A stretch of DNA of 60,232 nucleotides from Lachnospiraceae bacterium UBA7188 (GTDB taxonomy: Bacteria; Bacillota; Clostridia; Lachnospirales; Lachnospiraceae): NCBI GenBank assembly GCA_002490995.1, contig DKVC01000195.1:1-60232 (forward strand), read 5' to 3'. Made by a program: the position numbers and the translations under genes. Under the pieces are notes generated by a model that worked only from the letters and a program-made list of their open reading frames with translations, did no database searches and was not told the origin of the DNA. This document shows, piece by piece, positions 19,022 through 28,582 of the stretch. Every line of letters starts with the position of its first letter. Positions within the stretch are counted from its first letter, which is position 1.

Positions 19022-20343
19022 GCCAAATAAAGGAAGCTTTGATGTTGACAAGGGAGACACTGATGTTCCTGCCATTGGTGCCGTTTTGCTTTATTCCCGT
19101 ATATTCTGATATAAAAGACAGGCCCGGCCGCCTGTTCGCCAAAGTCATTGCAGCCTGTATCGGTATGGTAACAGTGATGTTTCTGGTATATTTGATATGG
19201 CCGGGGGATACGGGGGGTGTGGTCAATACGGGAATCTGTGTCGCTGGTTTTTTCTGGCTGTATCAAAGGGAAATAGCCCTGGAGCGTTTCCGGCTGTGGT
19301 TTATATTCCTGACGGCCTGCCTGATCGGCAGCTTTTCTTATTTGTTCAATCATCTTGTAGATATTGTCCTGTATCCGGAAGCTACCGTTGAGACGGCGCA
19401 GGGGCTGTATTCCCTCATTTTGCAGATTGTTTTTGAACTGGTGCTGGTTCTTGTTTTGTTTTACCCTGCGAAAAAATATATCGGATGGCTGGTGCACAAT
19501 TTCCCGGAGGAGCGTGTGTGGAGGAGTGTGTGGATATTTCCGGCTGGAGTGAGCATATTTGCGTACTATTTTATTCCCTATGACAACCAAAGGATGTATG
19601 TGGGACGCTTTATGCAGATGTATGCGGTGGTTATCCTGGTATTGCTGGTTATGGTGCTGTTTATTTATGTCCTGTTCTATAAAATAGCCTACAGTGTGAT
19701 TGAAAAGGAGAAGATACTTCTGAAAGCCGGCTATCTGGAAATGGAGGCGGAGCAGTATCACAGGCTGCTGAGCCATGTGCAGGAGACGGGGAGGCTGCGG
19801 CATGATTTCCGGCACCAGATTACCGTAATAGCGGAGATGCTGAAAAACGGAGAGTATGAGGAGCTGGAGAAATATCTGGAAAAATATACTTCCGGCCTCT
19901 CAGGCACAGCCCTGCGTTATTGTACTTCGTCCGCAGTCAACGCCGTGCTGAATCATTATGAGATGCTTTGCAGGGAATCGGGGATACAGGTTCATTTTTC
20001 CATTCACCTGGGGGAACAGGTCACCGTGGAGGATATTGATTTCTGTGTGCTGTTGGGAAACCTGCTGGAAAATGCTGTGGACGAATGCAGGAAGCAGCCG
20101 GAAGAACAGCGCTGGATCCGGCTTAGGGCCGGTCAGACCGGGGAGCACGTGATTGCGCTGCAGATTGAGAATCCATGCAGGAGCCGTTTCAGAAAATATG
20201 AGGGAAGGTATCTTTCCGATAAGCATGAAGGCGACGGTCAGGGGCTGAAGTCTGCGGAGATGATTGCGGAAAAGTATCAGGGGTTTATGGAAGCGGACTG
20301 CAGGGAAGAGGTTTTTACGGTCAGGGTGCTGCTGCAATTTTGA
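19018..20343 (+). CDS. AgrC-like membrane sensor histidine kinase (GHKL)
   Basis: Multi-TM N-terminus, RHDFRHQ H-box, LGNLLENA N-box, G.GL; overlaps the regulator stop. Confidence 0.9.
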   Translation: MSQIKEALMLTRETLMFLPLVPFCFIPVYSDIKDRPGRLFAKVIAACIGMVTVMFLVYLIWPGDTGGVVNTGICVAGFFWLYQREIALERFRLWFIFLTACLIGSFSYLFNHLVDIVLYPEATVETAQGLYSLILQIVFELVLVLVLFYPAKKYIGWLVHNFPEERVWRSVWIFPAGVSIFAYYFIPYDNQRMYVGRFMQMYAVVILVLLVMVLFIYVLFYKIAYSVIEKEKILLKAGYLEMEAEQYHRLLSHVQETGRLRHDFRHQITVIAEMLKNGEYEELEKYLEKYTSGLSGTALRYCTSSAVNAVLNHYEMLCRESGIQVHFSIHLGEQVTVEDIDFCVLLGNLLENAVDECRKQPEEQRWIRLRAGQTGEHVIALQIENPCRSRFRKYEGRYLSDKHEGDGQGLKSAEMIAEKYQGFMEADCREEVFTVRVLLQF

Positions 20344-20732
20344 GAAGTATGTCTGCTTTTCCATCCTGGGAAGAACAGGCACAGGCAGATTCCCTGGTCT
20401 TTCGCAAACTCAGGGCGCGATTTTGGTAAGTGGATATTCAACCTGTCAGCGGTGCTTCTTTTTTGGCTGACAGGTATTTTTACTCTCTGAAACCTGTTAA
20501 CAGCATTTTCTTCACCTTTGCCCAATTCTTTTGCAAAAAGAATTGATTTGCCACTGTTTATGTGATACACTTTTGTTTTAAAAATGGTGCACCAGGAAGA
20601 TATTTTGGCTCCAAACGGGACAAAATGTATTCTGTAAGCAGGAATGTGCAGAACTGAAAATAGTACTCTAATATTCCATGCTGAGAAAGGCATGCGTAAG
20701 AAAGGGTGCGGAACTGGAACAGGAGGAAGGTT

Positions 20733-21431
20733 ATGAAAAAAGTAGTTTTGTATTTATGTGCAGGGATTTTGGTACTTGGTATTACGGCGTGCGGCAAGGC
20801 CGGGGACGAGCCCGGCTCACAGGGGACAGATCAGAGCAGTGAGGTAAGTACTTCTCCCGAAGAAAACGGGAACAGCGGCAGCGGGGCGGACGAAAGCGGG
20901 GCCCAGACTGAAAGTTCCGATGTGTCCGCAGAAGGAGAGCTGTCCGGAGAAGAAGGCTCCGGTGGGCAGGTTGCCGGCGCTGAGGGCTGGAGCCAGGAGA
21001 TGGAAGGATTGAAACAGGCGGTGGTGGAGGCGCTGGGAGCGGATAATTACTGGCCCAATATGCCAATGGATGCCGAGATGGTGGAGACCTTCTACGGAAT
21101 CACGCCTGACATGTATGAGGATTATATGGCGGAATCTCCGATGATCAGCGCCAATGTAGATACTTTGATCATTGTCAAAGCAAAGGAAGACAAGGCGGAT
21201 GCTGTGGAGGAAGCCCTGAATGCCTATCGCGAAGCGAATGTGAATGATACCATGCAGTATCCGCAGAATCTCGGCAAGATTCAGGCCAGCCAGGTGGAGA
21301 GAATTGACAATTATGTCATTTTTGTGCAGTTGGGAGGCTTTGCCGTAGAAGAGGAGAAGGAAGAGGATGTCATCGCAAAGTGCCAGGAAGCCAATAAGCT
21401 GGCGATTGACACGATCAGCGGGAAGCTGTAG
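20733..21431 (+). CDS. Lipoprotein, DUF4358-like
   Basis: MKK signal peptide with lipobox GITAC, acidic linker, C-terminal pattern typical of lipoproteins next to MBOAT genes. Confidence 0.75.
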   Translation: MKKVVLYLCAGILVLGITACGKAGDEPGSQGTDQSSEVSTSPEENGNSGSGADESGAQTESSDVSAEGELSGEEGSGGQVAGAEGWSQEMEGLKQAVVEALGADNYWPNMPMDAEMVETFYGITPDMYEDYMAESPMISANVDTLIIVKAKEDKADAVEEALNAYREANVNDTMQYPQNLGKIQASQVERIDNYVIFVQLGGFAVEEEKEEDVIAKCQEANKLAIDTISGKL

Positions 21432-21460
21432 GAATACCGGAAGGATAGGAGAGAAATTCG

Positions 21461-22873
21461 ATGGTTTTCAGCAGCGTTGTTTTTTTATTCCGTTTTCTGC
21501 CCCTGCTTTTCATAGTGTATTATCTGGTTCCCGGGAGAGGCAAAAATCTGGTTCTCCTTTTGGGGAGCCTGTTTTTCTATGCCTGGGGAGAACCGGTTTA
21601 TGTGCTGCTGATGCTGTTTTCCACGGTGTCAGACTATATTCACGGAAGGCTGCTGGGGCGTATACGTGGAAAGAGGGCGGCGAAGGGGATTCTGGCTTCC
21701 TCGGTGCTGATCAATCTGGCGGTGCTGTGCTTTTTCAAATATGCGGATTTCCTGATACAGACCTTTAATACGGTGACAGGTATGTCAGTTCCGCTTCTGG
21801 CGCTTCCGCTGCCAATCGGGATTTCATTTTATACCTTTCAGACCATGTCCTATACCATTGATGTATACCGGGGGGAGGCGAAGGTGCAGAAGAATCTGCT
21901 GGACTTCGGAGTATATGTGGCCATGTTCCCTCAGCTGATAGCCGGGCCCATTGTGAAATACCGGGATGTGGAAGCCAGGCTTCATAACCGGAAAGCGGAT
22001 GTGGAAAACATCAGCGACGGAATGAAGCGTTTCTGCTTCGGCCTGGCGAAAAAGGTTCTGCTTGCCAACAATATCGGGGAGCTATGGGTGCTGGTTTCGG
22101 AGATGAATCCGGGGGAGATGAGTGCTCTGACCGCGTGGGTGGGCATTTTTGCCTATGCTTTCCAGATTTATTTTGATTTTTCGGGTTATTCCGATATGGC
22201 TATCGGACTGGGGGAAATGCTGGGATTCCGTTTCCCGGAGAATTTCAGGTATCCGTATATCTCGGCATCCGTCACAGAGTTCTGGCGCAGATGGCATATT
22301 TCCCTGGGCAGCTGGTTTCGGGAGTATGTGTATATTCCGCTGGGGGGTAACCGGAAGGGGCGGCTTCGGCAGCTTCTGAATATTCTGATTGTATGGACGC
22401 TGACGGGAATCTGGCACGGGGCGGGGTGGAATTTCCTGCTGTGGGGCTTATGGTTCGCATTTGCACTGGTGCTGGAGAAGCTGTTTTTCGGGAAAATTTT
22501 GTCGTGGCTTCCGAAGGCAGTGGGGATTGTCTATACGATGCTGGTGGTTCTGGTGGGGTGGGTGCTTTTCGCGCTGGAGTCGCCGGGGCGGATTCTGGGG
22601 TATCTGAGAGTCATGGCAGGGATGGGAGGCAGGCTGGCAGATGCGGAGGGCTTTTACCTGGGAAGGCAGTATGGCGTGCTGTTTCTGATTGCTGTGCTTG
22701 CGGCCACGCCTTTGTTTGGGCGGGCGGCGGAGGGACTCCGGAAATCCAGGACAGGACCGGCCATTGCACTGTACCGTTTTGGGGAGAAAGTGATTCCGGC
22801 AGCGCTTTTGCTTTTGGCTATTGCGGGAATTGTGGATGCTTCCTATAATCCGTTTCTTTATTTCCGGTTTTAA
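21461..22873 (+). CDS. MBOAT-family O-acyltransferase (AlgI/PatA-like)
   Basis: MVFSS..FL, PIGISFYTFQ, FPQLIAGPI, DFSGYSDMAIG, FWRRWHISL, GIWHGA, NPFLYFRF. Confidence 0.95.
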   Translation: MVFSSVVFLFRFLPLLFIVYYLVPGRGKNLVLLLGSLFFYAWGEPVYVLLMLFSTVSDYIHGRLLGRIRGKRAAKGILASSVLINLAVLCFFKYADFLIQTFNTVTGMSVPLLALPLPIGISFYTFQTMSYTIDVYRGEAKVQKNLLDFGVYVAMFPQLIAGPIVKYRDVEARLHNRKADVENISDGMKRFCFGLAKKVLLANNIGELWVLVSEMNPGEMSALTAWVGIFAYAFQIYFDFSGYSDMAIGLGEMLGFRFPENFRYPYISASVTEFWRRWHISLGSWFREYVYIPLGGNRKGRLRQLLNILIVWTLTGIWHGAGWNFLLWGLWFAFALVLEKLFFGKILSWLPKAVGIVYTMLVVLVGWVLFALESPGRILGYLRVMAGMGGRLADAEGFYLGRQYGVLFLIAVLAATPLFGRAAEGLRKSRTGPAIALYRFGEKVIPAALLLLAIAGIVDASYNPFLYFRF

Positions 22874-23145
22874 GTACTTTCGGATTTGTGCCCGTGGGCT
22901 TGCTTTCATGCGAGGTGGTGCAGCCAAGCCTGCCCTATAGGCTTTTTGCATGGGGGTTTATAGTGAAAGTTTTCAAATTGGACTCTGCGGCACCGCGAGG
23001 CGTTCCGTGCGCCAAGCTGCCTGCGCCTTGTGTGCATCCCGGTGTGTCAAGGGAAACACATGGTAAGCTCCCAGGCAATTTGGGACACTGTGAACGGTCT
23101 TTGTTGATGGTGAAATGGAAGCAGGGCAGAAGAGGGTATTTTCAT

Positions 23146-24267
23146 ATGGAAGAAAAAAGAAGCGCTTTTTTTACAATTATGCTGCTGTCAGCTATCATAC
23201 TTATCTTTACGGCCGCTGATTTTATCCAGGGAGACCGGACCTTCTCGGAGACGGAGAACAAACTGCTGGCGGACAGGCCGGAATGGTCCTGGGATTCCCT
23301 GATAGAGGGAAAGTATACCCGGGATTACGAGACCTATCTGACGGAACAGTTTGTGGGGCGGGATAAGTGGATTACGGTGAAGACTTATCTGGACCTGGCC
23401 CTGCAGAAGCAGGAAATCAACGGTGTATACCTGGGGGCGGATGGTTACCTGATCGAGCAGCATCTGCCCGGGACATATACCGATGTGGAGGAAACGAAAA
23501 AGCTGCTGCTTCTCGACAAACTGGTGAAAAGGTGGGATGCCACCGTAATGCTGGTGCCTACGGCGGATAATATCCTCACGGACAGGATGCCACTTTGGGC
23601 GCCGTATTATGACCAGGCGGATTTTCTGGAAAAAGCAGCGCTGCAGCTTGGCTCCGAACATTATATTGATGTATATTCGGCGCTGCGCCGGCATGCCGCT
23701 GAAGAGATTTATTACCGTACAGATCACCATTGGACCACTCTGGGAGCCTGGTACGGTTATCTTGCATGGGCGGAAAGCCTGGGCAGGCGGGGAGATTTAT
23801 ACGGTAAAAATGCCATGCAGCCTGTGACGGCGGACTTCCTGGGAACGCTGCAGTCGAAGGTCAATCTGGATGTGCAGGCGGATTCCATTTTCTGGTTCCC
23901 GGAGACCGCAGAGTACCCGGTGACGGTTACTTATGATTTGAAAGACATCCGGAGCAGCTGCTATGAGGAATCTTATCTGAAAACCAAGAACAAATACGGG
24001 TTTTTCCTGGATGACAACCACGCTTTCATAGAGATTGATACGGATTATCATAACGGAAAGACACTGTTTGTGATAAAGGATTCCTATGCCAACTGTTTTG
24101 TGCCCATGCTGATTCCCTATTATGAGAAAATCTATGTGATGGATCTGCGGTATTTTAACGGAAGGCTGTTCCGGTTCATGGAGGGCTACGAGCCGGAGGA
24201 GGGGATGGACGTGCTGGTGCTTTATAACTGTATTCATTTTTTGGAGGATTTTGCTTATCTGGAGTAG
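23146..24267 (+). CDS. DHHW-family (AlgJ/AlgX-like) O-acetyltransferase partner
   Basis: YYRTDHHWT and KDSYAN motifs, N-terminal TM; follows the MBOAT gene. Confidence 0.88.
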   Translation: MEEKRSAFFTIMLLSAIILIFTAADFIQGDRTFSETENKLLADRPEWSWDSLIEGKYTRDYETYLTEQFVGRDKWITVKTYLDLALQKQEINGVYLGADGYLIEQHLPGTYTDVEETKKLLLLDKLVKRWDATVMLVPTADNILTDRMPLWAPYYDQADFLEKAALQLGSEHYIDVYSALRRHAAEEIYYRTDHHWTTLGAWYGYLAWAESLGRRGDLYGKNAMQPVTADFLGTLQSKVNLDVQADSIFWFPETAEYPVTVTYDLKDIRSSCYEESYLKTKNKYGFFLDDNHAFIEIDTDYHNGKTLFVIKDSYANCFVPMLIPYYEKIYVMDLRYFNGRLFRFMEGYEPEEGMDVLVLYNCIHFLEDFAYLE

Positions 24268-24314
24268 GGCGCGTTATGGGGAGCATATTTTTGTGAAATT
24301 CTAATGATGGCATA

Positions 24315-24374
24315 TTGACAAAAAGCAATCATGGGAATATACTAATGATAGAAAAATGAATAAAAGCAATCATG
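24315..24374 (+). promoter_or_regulatory. Consensus-like sigma-A promoter of the TA operon with direct-repeat operator
   Basis: TTGACA (24315-20), 17 bp, TATACT (24338-43); AAAAGCAATCATG repeated at 24321 and 24362. Confidence 0.75.
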
Positions 24375-24395
24375 ATATCTGCGGAGGATACGGCA

Positions 24396-24681
24396 TTGAA
24401 GATAGAAATGAAAGATATAGAGCAGTATCTTTCTGATGTGAGAGAAGCTGTCGAAAACGACAGGTACAGAATTGACCGGAATTCCAGGAGGCAGGATAAT
24501 ATAAGGCTTTTTCTGGATTATGTTATTAATGAAGCGATGGCAAAGGATATTATTCTGAGCCTTACAGCAAAGGATTTTTCAGAAGTTCTGCAGAATGAGC
24601 ACAAGAGATATGAATATGAGCAGCTATATGTGTTTGGCAAGGATGTGAGACCTGTATCCGCTTACATATTGTTTCAGATAA
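24396..24681 (+). pseudogene. MqsR/RelE-like toxin gene with internal deletion and frameshift
   Basis: Reads KDIEQYL...LYVFGKDV and then loses frame; a plausible native end YPLTYCFR* lies in another frame at 24655-24681, just before the antitoxin RBS; the usual LYIK...ISFH part is absent. Confidence 0.65.
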
Positions 24682-24703
24682 CCGCAATACGGAGGTGGTC
24701 ATT

Positions 24704-25729
24704 ATGGCAGAGAAGAATGCTAAAAATTCGGGAAGAAGGGACTTCTGCATTGAATGCAGGAAAGAAACGGAATACCTTTTACAGAGGCGCGATATCGTAA
24801 AAATAATAAGGGATAAGGAATATGATTTCGAAATTACGGTTGCCATATGTGCAGAATGCGGTGAAGAGATGAGTATTCCCGGCTTGATTGATAAGAATGT
24901 GCAGGAGATTGACAGGCAGTACAGAACTGTCGAGGGACTTGTGGCAACTGAGGATATTGAAAAGCTTATGAAGATTTACAAAATCGGAAAGGCACCCTTA
25001 TCTCTTGCGCTTGGCTTCGGCGAAGTTACAGTTCCCAGATATCTGGAGGGGCAGGTCCCTTCCAGGGAGTATTCGGATATTATAAAAGCGGCTTTGGCTT
25101 CTCCGGCATTTATGAAAGCGCGGCTTAAGGAAAACAGGGAAAAGATTACAGATGCGGCGTATAAGAAGGCCATGGCGGCGGCAGACAGCATTGAAAGGCT
25201 GTTTTCCGTATCGAAGAAGATGCTGGGCGCTATCGCTTATGTGTTCGAAAAGCTGGAGGAGGTCACTCCCTTGATGCTGCAAAAATTGCTTTATTTTATC
25301 CAGGGGGTCTATTCTGCATTATATGGAAAACCTGTTTTTGCCGAGGACTGCAGGGCGTGGATTCATGGGCCTGTCTATCCGGAAGTCTATGAACTGTTCA
25401 GGGATTTCAAATATAATCCCATTGATGATGCTCGGTTTGCATTGCTTGGGGAAACTGCCGGGGTGCTTACCGAAGAGGAGAAGAGAGTCATTGAATTTGT
25501 CGCAAATACGTTCGGAATGTATAGTGGGAAGGTTCTGGAGCGGATTACGCATAATGAAGAGCCCTGGAAGAATGCGCGGAAGGGATATGGGGACAGCATC
25601 CCTTCGAGTGAGATTGTGCCGAAAGAAAGTATCATGAAATATTATGTGGCGGTAAACCGGAAGTATGGGATAGACACGGAGGAAGGGCTGCGGATGTATA
25701 TTCATGATATGTTGGATAATAAGGTATAA
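24704..25729 (+). CDS. Antitoxin: MqsA-type Zn ribbon + HTH + Panacea (DUF4065/SocA) domain
   Basis: CIEC...CAEC; HTH (LSLALGFGEVTVPRYLEG); LQKLLYF, AWIHGPVYPEVY, LERITHNEEPW. Confidence 0.85.
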   Translation: MAEKNAKNSGRRDFCIECRKETEYLLQRRDIVKIIRDKEYDFEITVAICAECGEEMSIPGLIDKNVQEIDRQYRTVEGLVATEDIEKLMKIYKIGKAPLSLALGFGEVTVPRYLEGQVPSREYSDIIKAALASPAFMKARLKENREKITDAAYKKAMAAADSIERLFSVSKKMLGAIAYVFEKLEEVTPLMLQKLLYFIQGVYSALYGKPVFAEDCRAWIHGPVYPEVYELFRDFKYNPIDDARFALLGETAGVLTEEEKRVIEFVANTFGMYSGKVLERITHNEEPWKNARKGYGDSIPSSEIVPKESIMKYYVAVNRKYGIDTEEGLRMYIHDMLDNKV

Positions 25730-25795
25730 CATGACCATACTCTTGGCATGAAATGGCCGGATGGCCATCTGCCATGAGCGTTGCTGTGCTCATGG
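25725..25795. repeat. Third copy of the ~73-bp REP-like element
   Basis: TATAACATGACCATA..GGCATGAAATGGCCGGATGGCCATCTGCCATGAGCGTTGCTGTGCTCATGG; its TAA is the antitoxin stop codon. Confidence 0.85.
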
Positions 25796-25827
25796 CACAA
25801 GACAGCATTATATTTAAGGAGATACAA

Positions 25828-26478
25828 ATGAAAGCAGTTGTTTTTGACATGGACGGTGTCCTGTTTGACACGGAGATTGTATGCATGAAGGCATGGATGG
25901 CGGTGGCCGGAAAAAACGGCATGCCGGATATGGAGGAGGTTTTTCCGAAATGCATCGGGCTGAATTCCAATGACAGCAGGCAGATTGTGATGAAAGCATA
26001 CGGGGAAGATTTTGATTACCCACGCTTCAGGCAGGAAGCGTCGGACTGGCTTCAGGCATATATGAAGGAAAACGGTCTGCCTGTTAAGCCGGGAGTGCCG
26101 GAGATTCTGCGGTGGCTGAGGGATGCGGGCTACACGGTGGGGCTGGCTTCCTCCACCAGGAGCTCTTCCGTATTCAGTTATCTGGAGCAGTCGGGTTTTC
26201 AGGATTATTTTCAGACGGTTGTTACCGGGGACATGGTGGAGCATTCAAAGCCGCGCCCGGATATCTATCTGCTGGCATGCAGGGAGCTGGGGGTGGAGCC
26301 GGAACAGGCCTATGCCATTGAGGATTCCCCCAACGGCATCCGCTCCGCCCACGCAGCAGGGATGCGTCCCATTATGGTGCCGGATATGATAGCGCCGGAC
26401 GAAGAGATGTGTAAGCTGAGCTTTCTGATCAGGAAGGATTTATTTGAGGTGCTGGAGTATCTGCAGAGGGAAATATAA
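25828..26478 (+). CDS. HAD-family phosphatase (beta-PGM/CbbY-like)
   Basis: FDMDGVLFDTE, SKPRPDIY, IEDSPNG. Confidence 0.92.
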   Translation: MKAVVFDMDGVLFDTEIVCMKAWMAVAGKNGMPDMEEVFPKCIGLNSNDSRQIVMKAYGEDFDYPRFRQEASDWLQAYMKENGLPVKPGVPEILRWLRDAGYTVGLASSTRSSSVFSYLEQSGFQDYFQTVVTGDMVEHSKPRPDIYLLACRELGVEPEQAYAIEDSPNGIRSAHAAGMRPIMVPDMIAPDEEMCKLSFLIRKDLFEVLEYLQREI

Positions 26479-26491
26479 GGAGAATAGTCAA

Positions 26492-27340
26492 ATGGCGGAT
26501 TTGGGAATTCCCCATAATACAATAGAAGTGATTCAGAAGTACCATTTCAATTTTCAAAAAAAGTACGGGCAGAATTTTCTAATTGATACCAGGGTGCTTA
26601 ACAAAATCATCGCCGCCGCAGAGATTACCGAAGACGACTGTGTACTGGAAATCGGACCCGGCATCGGTACCATGACCCAGTATCTGGCGGAGCGTGCAGG
26701 GGAAGTGGTAGCGGTGGAAATTGACAGAAACCTGATTCCGATTCTGGAAGAGACGCTGTCCGCGTATGAGAATGTGACAATTATCAACCAGGATATTCTG
26801 AAAATGGACGTGAAAGGGCTTGCCGAAGAGCGGGGAAAGCCGCTGAAGGTGGTTGCCAACCTGCCCTATTACATAACCACTCCCATTATCATGGGTTTGT
26901 TTGAAAACCATGTGCCGTTACGGAATGTTACGGTGATGGTGCAGAAGGAAGTGGCGGAGCGGATGCAGGCAGGCCCCGGCAGGAAGGATTACGGCGCTCT
27001 TTCCCTTGCTGTGCAGTATTACGCGAAGCCCGAAATTGTGGCTAATGTGCCGCCGAACTGTTTTATTCCCAGGCCGAATGTGGGCAGTGCCGTTGTCCGC
27101 ATGGAAAGGTATGAAACGCCGCCGGTGCAGGTGGAGGACGAGAGAAAAATGTTTGCCGTTATTCGGGCCGCTTTCAACCAGCGCAGGAAGACGCTTGCCA
27201 ACAGCCTTGCGAATGCGCAGGAACTGGGTATTTCTAGGGAGCGGACAGTGCAGGCGCTGGAGCGGATGGGGCTGCCCGCCACGGTCAGGGGGGAGGCTCT
27301 TTCTCTGGAGCAGTTTGCGGAATTGAGTAATTTGGTATGA
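26492..27340 (+). CDS. rsmA: 16S rRNA adenine dimethyltransferase
   Basis: KKYGQNFL, LEIGPGIG, VANLPYYITTP, F.PRPNV, AFNQRRKTL. Confidence 0.96.
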   Translation: MADLGIPHNTIEVIQKYHFNFQKKYGQNFLIDTRVLNKIIAAAEITEDDCVLEIGPGIGTMTQYLAERAGEVVAVEIDRNLIPILEETLSAYENVTIINQDILKMDVKGLAEERGKPLKVVANLPYYITTPIIMGLFENHVPLRNVTVMVQKEVAERMQAGPGRKDYGALSLAVQYYAKPEIVANVPPNCFIPRPNVGSAVVRMERYETPPVQVEDERKMFAVIRAAFNQRRKTLANSLANAQELGISRERTVQALERMGLPATVRGEALSLEQFAELSNLV

Positions 27341-27401
27341 AATTCCGTATGTCCTGCCATGTATTGGACTTTTTTGGATGAGACGGACAGGGTATTTTGG
27401 A

Positions 27402-28217
27402 TTATGACAGCGACACCCGCTCCCCATTCTGCTTTTTATGCGCTTCCCGGTACTGGCTGGGCGTCATGCCGGTAAGCTTCTTAAACTGGCGCATGAAATG
27501 CAGTTCGCTGTCGTAGCCGCAGAAGAGCGCCAGAGAGGAGACGGACATATCGGAAATGCAGAGATAGAGCTGAGCCTGCTTGATCCGTGCGTCAATCACA
27601 TCCTGAATGCAGGTGGTGCCGAAAAACTGTTTATATAAATGCTGAAAATGGGACGTACTCAGATGGAGCCTTTGGGCTGCAGCCGGGATGTCCCATTTTT
27701 GATAGGGAGAATTCAGGATTTCCAGCCTTAACGCATTCATCGGGTAGTAATACTTGTTGCGTACATTGCTGTCCGGAAGCAGCCGGAGCTGATCCGCAAG
27801 GGAATAGAAAAGGCTGTGCATCAGGGAATTGATGATTTCCCCTTTATAAAAGTGGGTGGACAGCTTTTCCTGCACAACCAGCCTGCAGTAGTCCGTCAGC
27901 GTTCCAAGGTAGGGCAGCGTAAAGGGGCGGTTTACAGGAATTGCAAGTTCCCGGAGCAGGCCTGCATCCTCATCCTGCAGGTCAAAGTGAATCCAGTCAT
28001 CGTTGTAGTGGGGCTCTCTGCAGCCATAGCGGACAGGGCAGCGGATACCATAGAGCATGACGGTATTTGGAGGGAAATCCGTTAATTTTCCGTCAATCTC
28101 AAAAAAGACTTCCGTCTTGACAAGCAGAAGGGTGTAATCCTGGTAGCCTTCCGGATAAGAGCGGTCAAGGGGCATTTTATGCATGGAGTCGTAACCGCAC
28201 ATGTTTACTGTGATCAT
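27402..28217 (-). CDS. AraC-family transcriptional regulator
   Basis: C-terminal double HTH (LSTSHFQHLYK, CGYDSELHFMRQFKKLTGMTPSQYR); divergent from the glycan genes. Confidence 0.93.
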   Translation of the reverse strand: MITVNMCGYDSMHKMPLDRSYPEGYQDYTLLLVKTEVFFEIDGKLTDFPPNTVMLYGIRCPVRYGCREPHYNDDWIHFDLQDEDAGLLRELAIPVNRPFTLPYLGTLTDYCRLVVQEKLSTHFYKGEIINSLMHSLFYSLADQLRLLPDSNVRNKYYYPMNALRLEILNSPYQKWDIPAAAQRLHLSTSHFQHLYKQFFGTTCIQDVIDARIKQAQLYLCISDMSVSSLALFCGYDSELHFMRQFKKLTGMTPSQYREAHKKQNGERVSLS

Positions 28218-28310
28218 ATCGTTCCTTTCTGAAAAGCATAATGAATGAGCGCTGCCGCAAAAGCAGGACAGGGAACGGCATACAATAGAAGCGGTGCTTC
28301 TTTTGTCAGG

Positions 28311-28537
28311 AATGAATGCGTTCACGAGCCCGGCAGAGGGAAAATGTATCATTTATTGCAGAAAAAGTCAGTTAATTACATTTTATGAAATGGCAAATCC
28401 GCTGTCAAGATGCTACAATAAAAATGTTTCAGTGCATTTTACACTCACGGTCAAAAACATTTGCCAACTTACAGGTATACCGAGTGAGCGCTGGTGCAAT
28501 GCGAGGCAAAAGGGCGGCAAATGAATGCGCTCACGAG
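28311..28537. promoter_or_regulatory. Two cre/LacI-type operator-like repeats around the GH43 promoter
   Basis: AATGAATGCGTTCACGAG (28311-28) and AATGAATGCGCTCACGAG (28520-37); TGnTACAAT at 28411-28419. Confidence 0.5.
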
Positions 28538-28582
28538 TACAATATATTTCAGCACATGGAGTTTAAGCAGGAGGACAAAGCC

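Noticed and set aside
20344-20732. agrD-like autoinducer peptide after the GHKL kinase
   Set aside because: No short ORF with an RBS and AgrD-like pattern was found, and there is no agrB
23043-23058. parS-like site TGTGTCAAGGGAAACA
   Set aside because: Three mismatches to TGTTTCACGTGAAACA and poor symmetry
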